Assembly (NCBI GenBank): GCA_030390025.1
Contig: JASTWF010000361.1
Coordinates: 310,001-374,000 of the forward strand
From: Squalus acanthias
Taxonomy: Eukaryota
Direction of reading: 5' to 3'
DNA length: 64,000 nucleotides
This document shows, piece after piece, positions 38,701-48,418 of the stretch (positions are counted from its first letter, which is position 1; every line of letters starts with the position of its first letter). Position numbers and translations under genes: made by a program. The notes beneath the pieces are model-generated. The model saw only the letters and a list, made by a program, of their open reading frames with translations, did not search any database and was not told the DNA's origin.

Positions 38701-39308
38701 ATGAGTATTCCCGTTTTCCGTTTGCCTTTCCCTGCCCCAATATGCTGACGACCACGGTTATCAGCTGCCTTGAGCAGGTATTTGCTTTCTGTGGCATGGC
38801 ATCCTATGTTCATTCGGATCGGGGCCCTTCTTTTATGTCAGGAGAACTCAAGGCCTATCTCTCGGAACGGGGTATTGCTGCCAGCAGAACAACGCCTTAT
38901 CATCCGGTCGGGAATGGGCAAGTCGAGCGTTTTAACGCTATCATCTGGAATGCGGTACGTCTGGCTTTGAGATCTCGGGGCCTACCCAACCAGCAATGGG
39001 AAGCAGTACTTCCAGACGCATTACACTCCACACGGTCCCTCCTTTCGACCGCCACAAATACGACGCCTCATGAACGGTTCTTCCGATTTCAGCGTCGCTC
39101 ATCCTATGGGATATCTCTCTCGTCGTGGCTGACTACACCGGGACCAGTGCTACTCCGAAGATATGTCCGGGCGTCTAAGAATGACCCCCTGGTAGATGAA
39201 GTTGAGCTCACTGACGTCAACCCTACCTACGCCTATATTCGGTATCCTGACGGTCGGGAATCTACCGTGTCATTGCGGGATCTGGCTCCCTGCCCGCCGA
39301 AACATTGA
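35754..39308 (+). CDS. Gag-Pol polyprotein, 1184 aa (gag with 2x CX2CX4HX4C, aspartic protease, RT, RNase H, integrase)
   Basis: CFFCGDEFHPRKFC and CSHCNKKGHFAKVC; LIDSGS; YDLKSAYHQ...YLDN; ECDAS...EKEA...ITDQ; H-H-C-C zinc finger; SIDFKG/HSDRG/VERFN DDE core. PR-RT-RH-IN order indicates Gypsy. Confidence 0.96.
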   Translation: MENILKPSRLDLDPNTPAAGKVWKHWYRTFDNFLEYCKADDDSKLRILINCVTPNVFQYVEEWGSYEEAIRTLKRLYTKTPNEVYARHLLATAQQGPEESIDKFLQELRRLSMDCNFQAASAELYREEMIRDAFICGLASPFIRQRLLESKTLELQRAYDMACSLDLAKRNADLYTVPRPRSTALTTVRQFKRPQVNSIREVFIPDDQSDDFTDEEDDDPTVAASWQSKKCFFCGDEFHPRKFCPARNAFCSHCNKKGHFAKVCLSRASTRAYQAKSYRTAPVRAYQDVPSKIYRASSRVFSRRNTPRVSATLCATTPITAACPQNLFHAATKASINEHTLDALIDSGSTDSFIREQIVAELKLHVFPSDQAIAMAQSSLNTRISGFCMVEITLHGHRYPSTRLSVLKDLCSDLILGLDFQKQHKKLTIEFGGSKPELTISNIRPRLPFCALSAASLDEPSLFTSIPPRCKPIITKSRRFSQEDQSFIVAEISRLLAEDIIEPCSSPWRAQVVIVKNPLQPHKKRLCIDYSQTINQYTDLDAYPLPRIDDMVNKLAEYTVFSTYDLKSAYHQVPLKVSDKQYTAFEANGRLYQFRRLSFGVTNGVAVFQRAMDDLVKQEDLKDTFPYLDNITVAGRNQREHDANLQRFWDALQHRNLTLNAAKSIESQPTINILGYCVGNGIIKPDPERLRPLQELPPPKNPASLRRALGLFAYYAKWIPNFSDRIQHLLKASTFPLDTAAVAAFNLLKKQLEKAALHSIDESLPFVVECDASEVAISATLNQEGRPVAFLSRTFQGAELHYPPVEKEATAIIEAVRKWTHLLARQHFTLITDQRSVAFMLDNRKRTKIKNNKIQLWRLELASFGYTIHYRPGKENVAPDTLTRAFCSAMAPSTLVDIHDGLCHPGVTRMLHFVRSRNLPFSTGDVKKMCSDCRVCAELKPQFFRPSGGILIHATQPMQRLSIDFKGPLPSSTRNTYLLTMVDEYSRFPFAFPCPNMLTTTVISCLEQVFAFCGMASYVHSDRGPSFMSGELKAYLSERGIAASRTTPYHPVGNGQVERFNAIIWNAVRLALRSRGLPNQQWEAVLPDALHSTRSLLSTATNTTPHERFFRFQRRSSYGISLSSWLTTPGPVLLRRYVRASKNDPLVDEVELTDVNPTYAYIRYPDGRESTVSLRDLAPCPPKH

Positions 39309-39716
39309 GGGACACCAGGGGATGATATTGTACCAGGCACATCTCTGGGCTCGCCAGGTGCCTCTCATCACGATCTGGATCTGACGCCGGCTGGTACCTC
39401 ACTCCAGCGTGCCGACCTGGGGCAGACTGACTATGAGCCCGTCGGGGCTCGCACGCGCAGCCACGATCCACCCTGTACCGTACGCTCGGAAACGGATCTG
39501 CCACAGCCCTGCCCGACACCCATTCGGGCACCAGTACACAGTCAGGATCATCCTGACCCCTCACAGAGTGGGCTGGATCACTCGGACTCTGGTCCACAGC
39601 CCGCGGCGGGTAAACGGGCTAGGGGCCCTCCACCACTACGAGAACCCAAACGGGTGCAGCTCTCCCTCATCCAGCGGCTACGAAATGGAGGGAGCATCCC
39701 GGCCTCCTAATCTTTT

Positions 39717-39728
39717 GGGGGGGGAGAA
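39717..39728 (+). promoter_or_regulatory. Polypurine tract
   Basis: GGGGGGGGAGAA immediately 5' of the 3' LTR. Confidence 0.9.
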
Positions 39729-39922
39729 TGTGGTAACACAATACAGCTTCCTGTGACTCAAACTTTATTGCATCACTTCCTGTGATTAGTCCAGGATAAA
39801 TACTGGACTGATCAGTTGGATCCTGGAGAGGCATAGAGTAAGACCTCTTTTGTATGTAGCACCTTTTTAGTTGATTAAAGCTTACTTTAAGTTCACCACG
39901 CGTAAGGCTCATTCTTACGACA
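39729..39922 (+). repeat. 3' LTR
   Basis: 194-bp direct repeat of 35482-35675. Confidence 0.95.
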
Positions 39923-41622
39923 CTGAGCTAGTAATCCAGAGGCCTGGGCTAGTAATCCAGAGGCATGGGCTAGTAATCCAGAGGCTGTGCTAGTATTCCA
40001 GGGTCTGGGCTAGTAATCCAGAGGCCTGGGCTAGTAATCCAGAGACCTGGTCTAGTAATCCAGAGGTTGGACTAGTAATCCAGTGGCTGGACTAGTAATC
40101 CAGTGGCCTGGGCTACTAATCCAGAGGCCTCGGCTAGTAATCCAGAGGCCTGGACTAGTAATCCAGAGGCTGTGTTAGTAATCTAGAGGCTGGAGTAGTA
40201 ATCCAGAAGCTGGACTAATAATCCAGTGGCCTGGGCTCGTAATCCAGAGGCCTGGGCTAGTAATCGAGAGGGTGGACTAGTAATCCAGTGGCCTGGGCTC
40301 GTAATCCAGAGACTGGGCAAGTAATCTAATGGCTGGGCTAGTAATCCAGAGGCTGGGCTCGTAATCCAGAGTCCTGGACTAGTAATTCAGAGGCCTGGGC
40401 TAGTAATCCAGAGGCCTGGGCTAGTAATCCAGAAGTCTGGGCTAGTAATCCAGAGGCCTGGGCTAGTAATCCAGAGGCTGAGCTAGTAATCCAGAGGCCT
40501 GGGCTGGTAATCCTGAGGCTGGACTAGTAATCCAGTGGCCTGGGCTTGTAATCCAGAGGTTGAGCTAGTAATCCATCGGCCTGGGTGAGTATTCCAGAGG
40601 CTGGCCTCGTAATCCAGAGGCTGTTTTAGTAATCTAGAGGCTGGACTTGTAATCCAGAAACCTGGACTAGTAATCTAGTGACCTAGGCTGGTAATCCAGA
40701 GGCTGGATAGTAATCCAGAGGCCTGGACTAGTAATCCAGAAACCTGGACTAGTAATCCAGAGGCCTGGTCTAGTAAACCAGAGGCTGGGCTAGTAATCCA
40801 GAGGCTGGACTAGTAATCCAGAGGCCTGGGCTAGTAATCCAGAGACCTGGTCTAGTAATCCAGAGGTTGGACTAGTAATCCAGTGGCTGAACTAGTAATC
40901 CAGTGGCCTGGGCTAGTAATCCAGAGGCCTGGGCTAGTAATCCAGAGGCCTGGGCTAGTAATCCAGAGGCCTGGACTAGTAATCCAGAGGCTGTGTTAGT
41001 AATCTAGAGGCTGGACTAGTAATCCAGAGGCTGGAATAATAATCCAGTGGCCTGGGCTCATAATCCAGAGGCCTGGGCTAGTAATCGAGAGGCTGGACTA
41101 GTAATCCAGTGGCTGGGCTCGTAATCCAGAGACTGGGCAAGTAATCCAATGGCTGGGCTAGTAATCCAAAGTCTGGGCTAATAATCCAGAGGCTGGGCTC
41201 GTAATCCAGAGTCCTGGGCTAGTAATCCAGAGGCCTGGGTTAGTAATCCAGAGGCCTGGGCTAGTAATCTAGAGGCCTGGGCTAGTAATCCAGAGGCCTG
41301 GGCTAGTAATCCAGAGGCATGGGCTGGTAATCCAGAGGCTGTGCTACTAATCCAGGGTCTGGGCTAGTAATCCAGAGGCCTGGACTAGTAATCCAGAGGC
41401 TGGGCATGTAATCCAGAGGCTGGGCTAGTAATCCAGAGGCCTGGGCTAGTAATCCAGAGGCTGGACTAGGAATCCAGAGGTTGGGCTCGTAATCCAGAGG
41501 CTGGGCTTGTAATCCAGAGGCTGAGCTAGTAATCCAGAGGCTGGGCTCGTAATCCAGAGGCTTGGCTTGTAATCCAGAGGCTGAGCTAGTAATCCAGAGG
41601 CTGGGCTAGTAATCCAGAGGCT

Positions 41623-43876
41623 CGTGGTACAGCAATCCAGTCAGTCCCCTTCCCCCTTCTATCTCCGTAGCCCTGCAAGTTTATTTCCCTCAAATACCTA
41701 TCCATTCTCCCCTTGAAAACATTGAGTGTCTCCGCTTCCACCATTTACATCGGCAGCGAGTTCCAGGTCCTCAGCACTCGCTGCATAAAAAAGTTTTTCC
41801 TCACCTCCCCCTTTATCTCTTGCCCAAAACCTTAAATCTGTGTCCCCTAGTCGTTGTACCATCAACTAGTGGGAACAGTCTTTCCCCGTCTAGCCTATCC
41901 AAACCCGTCATAATCTTGTACATCTCTATCAAATCACCCCTCAACCTCCTTTGCTCTAAGGAAAACAAATCCAGCTTCTCCAACCTATCCTTGTAGCTCA
42001 GATTCCCCATCCCCGGAACAATTCTGGTAAATCTCCTCTGCACCCTCTCAAGGGCCTTCACATCCTGCCTAAAGTGTGGTGACCAGAACTGGACTCAATA
42101 CTCCTAACCTGCACTTTATATAGGTTCAGCATGACTTCCCTCCTTTTGTACTCAATACCTCTATTTATGAAGCCCAAGATCCCATATGCTTTGTTAACCA
42201 CTCTCTCAATATGTCCCACCACCTTCAGGTCCCTCTGTCCCTGCACACTCTTTAAAACTGTGCCATTAAGTGTATATTGCCTCTCCCTGTTCCTTCTGCC
42301 AAAAATGCCTCACCTCACACTTCTCTGTATTAAATTCCATCTGCCACTTGTCTGCCCATTCTGCTAGCCTTTCTATGTCCTGTTGCAGTCGATTGATATC
42401 ATCCTCCCTGTTTGCCACACCCCCAAGTTTGGTGTCATTGGCAAATTTAGAAATTCTACTCTGTATTCCAATATCCAGGTCATTTATATGCATCAAAAAA
42501 AGAAGTGGCTCGAGCACTGACCCTTGGGGAACACCACTGTCTACCATCCTCCAGTCTGAAAAACAGCCATTTACCACAACTCGCTGTTTTCTGTCCTTAA
42601 GCTAATTCCTTATCCAAGCTGCCACTGACCCACCTATTCCATGTGCCTCAATTTTGTTAACCAGCCTGCTATGTGGTGCTTTGTCAAACGCCTTCCGAAA
42701 ATCCATGTCGACAACATCCATTGCATTCCCTTCATCAATCCTCTCTGTTACTTCATCAAAAAATTCAATTAGATTAGTCAAACACGATCTGCCTTTTACA
42801 AACCCATGTTGGCTCTCCTTAATTAGCTTAAACCTTTCCAAATGCCTGTTAATTTTTTCCTTGATTATTGTTTCTAAAACTTTACCCACCACTGATATTA
42901 AACTGACTGGCCTGTAGTTACTAGAATTGTCCTTACACCCCTTCTTGAACAATGGTGTCACATTTGCCATTTTCCAATCCTCAGGCACCTCCCCCGCATC
43001 TAGGGAAGATTGGAAAATTATGGCAAGCCCTTCTGCTATCTCCTCCCCCAATTCCCTTAGCAACCTGGGATGCAAGCCATCTGGACCAGGTGACTTGTCC
43101 ACTCGAAACATACCCAGCATTTCTAGTACATCCTGTCTATCAATTTTCACCCCTTCCATTGTTTCTACCTTTTCCACTTCTGCAGATATTTTGTCAGCAT
43201 CCACCTCCTTAGTAAAGGTGATACAAAATACTCATTGAGTATTCTAGCCTTGCCTTGCGCCTCTAAGAATATAACACCTTCTTTGTCCCTAATAGGCTCC
43301 ACCCCGCCTCTTACTACCCGCCTACTGTTTACATGCCGGTAGAAGATTTTTGGGTTCCCTTTCATGTTAACCGCCATTCTACACTCATATTGTCTCTTAC
43401 CCAATCTTATTTTCATCTTCACATCCCCACTCAACTTATTGTATTTGGTCTGGTTCTCCCTTGAAGAATTCACCTGACATGCATCATACACCCTCTTTTT
43501 TTGTTTCATCATCTTCTCTATCTCCCTCGTCATCCAAGGAGCCCTTGCTTTGGTTCCCTTACCCTTCCCTCTTGTTGGAATGTACCTAGACTGTACTTGG
43601 AACATCTCCTCCTTAAAGATCACCCATTGTTCTGTTACAGTTTTTCCTGTCAGTCTTTGGTTCCATTTTACCCTGGCTAGATTCTTTCACATCCCATTGA
43701 AATTAGCCCTATTCCAGTTTAGAAGTTCCACTCTAGATTGTTCCTTGCTCCTCTCCATTGCTAATCTAAATCTTATGATACGATGCTCACTCGTACCCAA
43801 GTGTTCTCCCACAGACACTTGGTCGACCTGGCCCACCTCATTCTCCAGCACCAGATCCAGCAATGCCTCTTTCCTA
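41623..43876 (-). mobile_element. Degenerate CR1 LINE (ORF2 remnants); continues at 50101-50205
   Basis: Frameshifted ORFs with KSPGPDGLHPR, NYRPVSL, QHGFVKGRSCLTNL, GVPQGSVL, KFANDTK, LERVQRRFTR. Confidence 0.92.
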
Positions 43877-45318
43877 CAATAGCAAAATACTGCGGATGCT
43901 GGAAAACTGAAATAACAACAGAAAGCACTGGAAAAACTCAGCAGGCCAGGCAGCATCCGTGGAGAGAGAAACAGAGTTAACGTTTCAGGTTGAAGACCTT
44001 TCGTCAGAACTGGAAAAAAGCAGGAAATGAAATAGATTTAAAGCAAGTTTAGGGGCTGGGAAAAGGGGGAGGGGATGAAAGAACAAAAGGGAAGGTCTGT
44101 GAGACGTAGAGACATTAAGAGATATACAAGGCGAGACGAGATGGTAATAGGACAGGTTAAGAAACAAAAGAAGGCTCAGAAGTGTGAAATGCGCTGGCAG
44201 GATGAAAGACAGCTGCCATGTGGGAGAGAGAGAAAAAAAGGGAAAAGGCACAAACCAAAAGGGGGGATAAAAATGGTGGGGGCCGAGATTATGATCTGAA
44301 ATTGTTGAACTCGATATTGAGTCCGGAAGGCTGTAAAGTGCCTAATCGGAAGATGAGGTGTTGTTCCTCGAGCTTACGCTGAGCTTCCGTGGAACAATGT
44401 AAGAGGCCGAGGACGGTGAGGTCTGAGTGGGCGTGGAGCGGTGAATTAAAATGACAGGCGACCGGAAGCTCGGGGTCACCCTTACGGACTGAACGGAGGT
44501 GTTCCGCAAAGCGGTCACCCAATCTGCGTTTGGTCTCCCCAATGTAGAGGAGACCACATCGTGAGCAGCGAATACAGTATACTAGATTGCAAGAAGTACA
44601 AATAAATCGCTGTTTCACCTGGAAGGGGTGTTTGGGGCCCTGGAGCGTGGGAAGGTATAAGGGCAGGTGTTGCATCTCCTGCGCTTGCACAGGAAGGTGC
44701 CGGGCGAGGGGGAAGGGGTGCTGGGGGTGATAGAGGAGTGGACTAGGGTGTCTCGGAGGGAGCGGTCCCTACAGAATGCTGAAAGGGGAGGTGAGGGGAA
44801 GATACGTTTGATGGTGGGATCACATTGGAGGTGGCGGAAATGGCGGAGGATGATCCGTTGAATGTGGAGGCTGGTGGGGTGAAAGGTGAGGACAAGGGGA
44901 ACTCTATCGTGGTTCCGGGAGGGAGGGGCAGGGGTGAGGGCAGAAGTGCGGGAGATAGAACGGACACAGTCGAGGGCCATGTCAACCACGGTAGAGGGGA
45001 ATCCTCGGTTGAGGAAAAAAGAAGACATGTCGGAAGCACTGGTATGGAAGGTGGCATCGTCGGAGCAGATGCGGCGGAGACGGAGAAACTGGGAGAAGGG
45101 AAGAGAGTCCTTACAGGAGGCGGGGTGGGAGGAAGTGTAGTCCAGGTAGCTGTGGGAGTCAGTGGGCTTGTAGTGAATGTTGGTCAATAACCTATCCCCA
45201 GAGATGGAGACGGAGAAGTCGAGGAAGGGAAGGGAAGAGTCAGAGATGGACCATGTGAAGGTGAGGGAAGGGTGGAAATTGGAGGCAATGTGAATGAAAT
45301 TGTCTAGTTCAGGGCGAG
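43877..45318 (-). mobile_element. Penelope-like element, left arm (RT C-terminus, GIY-YIG endonuclease, 3' terminus)
   Basis: ORFs with HYKPTDSHSYLDYTSSHP and VYCIRCSRCGLLYIGETKRRLGDRFAEH. Continues at 48185-48418 beyond a nested insertion. Confidence 0.92.
43975..44011 (-). ncRNA. Minimal hammerhead ribozyme motif in the Penelope terminus
   Basis: Reverse complement reads AGTT-CTGACGA-A-AGGTC-TTC-AACCT-GAAAC-GTT-AACT. Confidence 0.65.
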
Positions 45319-46093
45319 TGTAAGGGGTTTTTGTCTCAGGGGCTTATTTGTAAGTCAGCCAGTTATGTTTTCCTGGGCTGTCCTGCCCGCTGTGCGGTTG
45401 CGAATCGCTATCCCCTTCCTAGTTCTGAACCCAGGACTTATCGAGCGGCGATAAGGACAAATGAACAGACCCGTGGATTGGTGCAAGGAAAACCAATGTT
45501 TATTTACAGAAGTAAAACTACAGAGAAACAGTATTATATGAAGAAAACAAAATCACTATGCAGTACGGTTTTAACAGGGGAGGAGAATGGACACATCGAG
45601 GGAAAATCCTAAAATTACAATTTTAGCAATATCCCCATTAATTCCCACCCTTACGCCTAACTAAAATTGTCTTGCGACAGCCAGAAGAAGATAATGCTCA
45701 CCGGTGAAATGGATGGAAAACCTGGCCCTGTACCCTGTCTCTGCCGTCGAAACGTGGCTACGAAGTTTCTGGATGGTCTTCCTTCTTGGCTGCTAGCAGA
45801 CAGACAGGGTACCCGGGACCGAGGCAGAGAGAGGGAGAGAGAGTGGCTGGGTCTTCCCAGTTATACCCTCCCGGTCGTCGTAATCTCCCGCCAGATCAGC
45901 TCATTTCTATTGTCTGATCTGGGCATAATGAATTTTAACAAAAGGTTCCGATCTCGGCCCATCATGTTAGATGGCCGGTCATGGTATCATGCCAGTTCTC
46001 CAACTGCTCCCTATTGTCTGACAGGTTCGTTGATGGGGGCCAGCCCAGTCTCAATGACCCCACTGATTATTTGAGCAAACACCTTGAAAGCCT

Positions 46094-46186
46094 AAATAAC
46101 AACAGAAAACGCTGGAAAAACTCAGCAGGCCAGGCAGCATCCGTGGAGAGAGAAAGAGAGTTGACGTTTCAGGTCGATGACCTTTC
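46094..46186 (-). mobile_element. Short Penelope-like terminal fragment with 5'-truncated hammerhead
   Basis: Reverse complement near-identical to 25631-25723. TSD AAAGCCT/AAGGCCT. Confidence 0.8.
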
Positions 46187-46197
46187 AAGGCCTGATT

Positions 46198-47919
46198 ACA
46201 TAGAAGATACATAGAACAGTACAGCACAGTACAGGCCCTTCGGCCCTCGATGTTGTGCCGAGCATTGTCCGAGACCAAGATCAAGCTATCACACTCCCTA
46301 TCACTCTGGTGTGCTCCATGTGCTTATCCAATAACCGCTTGAAAGTTCCTAAAGTGTCCGACTCCACTATCACAGCAGGCAGTCCATTCCACACCCCAAC
46401 CACTCTCTGAGTAAAGAATCTACCTCGGACATCCCTTCTATATCTCCCCCCATGCACCTTATAGTTATGCCCCCTTGTAACAGCTGCCTCTACCCGAGGA
46501 AATAGTCTCTGAACATCCACTCTATCTATCCCCCTCATCATCTTATAAACCTCTATTAAGTCGCCTCTCATCCTCCTCCGCTCTAAAGAGAAAAGCCCCA
46601 ACTCCCTCAATCTTTCCTCATAAGACCTCCCCCCCAAACCAGGCAGCATCCTGGTAAATCTCCTTTGCACTCTTTCCAATGCTTCCACGTCCTTCCTATA
46701 GTGAGGTGACCAGAACTGCACACAATATTCCAAATGTGGTCTCACCAAGGTCCTGTACAGTTGCAGCATAACCTCACGGTTCTTAAACTCAAACCCTCTG
46801 TTAATAAACGCCAACACACCATAGGCCTTCTTTACTGCTCTATCCACTTGAGTGGCAACCTTCAGAGATCTGTGGATATGAACCCCCAGATCCCTCTGCT
46901 CCTCCACGTTCCTCAGAACCCTGCCGTTGACCCTGTAATCCTTATTCACATTTGCCCTACCAAAATGAATCACCTCGCACTTATCAGGGTTAAATTCCAT
47001 CTGCCATTTTTCGGCCCAGCTCTGCATCCTATCAATGTCTCTTTGCAGCCTACAACTGCCCTCCACCTCATCCACTACTCCACCAATCTTGGTGTCATCA
47101 GCAAATTTACTGATCCACCCTTCAGTCCCCTCCTCCAAGTCATTGATAAAAATCACAAACAGCAGAGGACCCAGCACCGACCCCTGTGGCACACCGCTGG
47201 TAACTGGTCTCCAGTCCGAAAATGTTCCATCCACCACCACCCTCTGCCTTCTATGAGATAGCCAGTTACTTATCCAATCGGCCAAATTTCCCTCTATCCC
47301 ACAACTCCTTACTTTCTTTATGAGACGACCATGGGGAACCTTATCAAACGGCTTACTAAAATCCATGTATACGACATCAACTGCTCTACCTTCATCTACA
47401 CACTTAGTTACCTCCTCAAAGAATTCAATCAAATTTGTTAGGCAAGACTTACCCTTCACGAATCCGTGTTGACTATCCCTGATTAAGTTGCCCCTTTCCA
47501 AATGGTCATAAATCCTATCCCTCAGGACCTTTTCCATTATCTTACCAACCACCGAAGTAAGACTAACCGGCCTATAATTACCAGGGTCATTCCTATTTCC
47601 TTTCTTGAAGAGAGGAACAACATTCGCCACTCTCCAGTCCTCTGGCACCATCCCCGTGGACAGTGAGGACCCAAAGATCAAAGCCAGAGGCTCTGCAATC
47701 TCCTCCCTTGCCTCCCAAAGAATCCTAGGATATATCCCATCTGGCCCAGGGGACTTATCGACCCTCAGGTTCTTCAAAATTGCTAAAACATCTTCCCTCA
47801 GAACATCTACCACCTCCAGCCTATCCACCTTTATCACACTCTCATCCTCAAGAACATGGCCCCTCTCCTCGGTGAACACTGACGAAAAGTATTCATTCAT
47901 CACCTCTCCTATCTCTTGT
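46198..47919 (-). mobile_element. Young 5'-truncated CR1 LINE with open RT frame (46281 to ~47919)
   Basis: Uninterrupted RT (KSPGPDG, GVPQGSVLGP, KFADDTK), 3' UTR and TTCTATGT-type tail. Confidence 0.95.
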
Positions 47920-48184
47920 AATTGGGTTTGTCCCCAATTCATGAGGAAAGGTCCTGTCTGGTTTCGTGAACTTACTGCTGCAGACATCGGAATACACAAG
48001 CTGATAGCTTGCCAGAGTCTGAAATGAAAGGGCCAGGCTCTCGGTCACGAGGTCTGACCGCAGCCATTTTGTTATGCCCTGGATTTTAAAACTCAGTCTG
48101 ACCAGGGTTCCTTTTAATAAGTCCAATAAAATCTCTGGGGGCGGGGGGGGGGTGGGGACACATGAAATTTTGCAAATCCTTTCA

Positions 48185-48418
48185 CAAGAGCAGGAAACGG
48201 CACCAATACAGTCATCAATGTACCGGAAAAAGAGGTGAGGGAGGGGACCCGAGTAGGACTGGAACAAAGAGTGTTCCACATATCCCATGAAAAGGCAGGC
48301 ATAGCTAGGACCCATGCGGGTACCCATAGCAACACCTTTTATTTGGAGGAAATGAGTGGAGTCAAAGGAGAAGTTGTTCAATGTTAGAACAAGTTCAGCC
48401 AGGCGGAGGAGGGCGCTC
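48185..48418 (-). mobile_element. Penelope-like element, left arm, 5' part (RT core)
   Basis: GVAMGTRMGPSYACLFM...FRYIDD on the minus strand. Joins 45318 when the solo LTR is removed. Confidence 0.88.

Larger units (their letters stand above)
35482..39922 (+). mobile_element. Full-length Ty3/Gypsy LTR retrotransposon (Mag-like, double zinc knuckle, no chromodomain)
   Basis: Two 194-bp TG...CA LTRs differing at 2 positions, a single gag-pol ORF, a PPT, and a 5-bp TSD CTGGG/CTGAG (1 mismatch). Confidence 0.96.
1..41622 (+). repeat. Satellite/minisatellite array, 20-21-bp monomer CTGG(G/A)CTAGTAATCCAGAGG(C); roughly 1,700 monomers by length estimate; continues upstream of the window
   Basis: Continuous tandem repeat from base 1 to about 41622. 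It is interrupted only at 3288-4077, 23802-24591, 25624-25756 and 35482-39922. It explains all WASNPEA/GLVIQRP/LWITSPG ORFs. Confidence 0.98.
45319..48184 (-). mobile_element. Probable solo LTR (~1.05 kb net of nested inserts), ERV- or Gypsy-type
   Basis: Ends TGTAAGGGGTTT...AAATCCTTTCA (imperfect inverted termini). 4-bp TSD CGAG/CAAG splits the Penelope ORF. Minus-strand TATAA (~45862) and AATAAA (~45500); non-coding. Confidence 0.65.

Noticed and set aside
39309..39716. env-like or extra ORF after the integrase
   Set aside because: Only short, low-complexity ORFs with no signal peptide or transmembrane pattern.
1..41622. CRISPR-like array of short palindromic repeats
   Set aside because: Monomers are directly adjacent with no unique spacers, there are no cas genes, and the context is eukaryotic.
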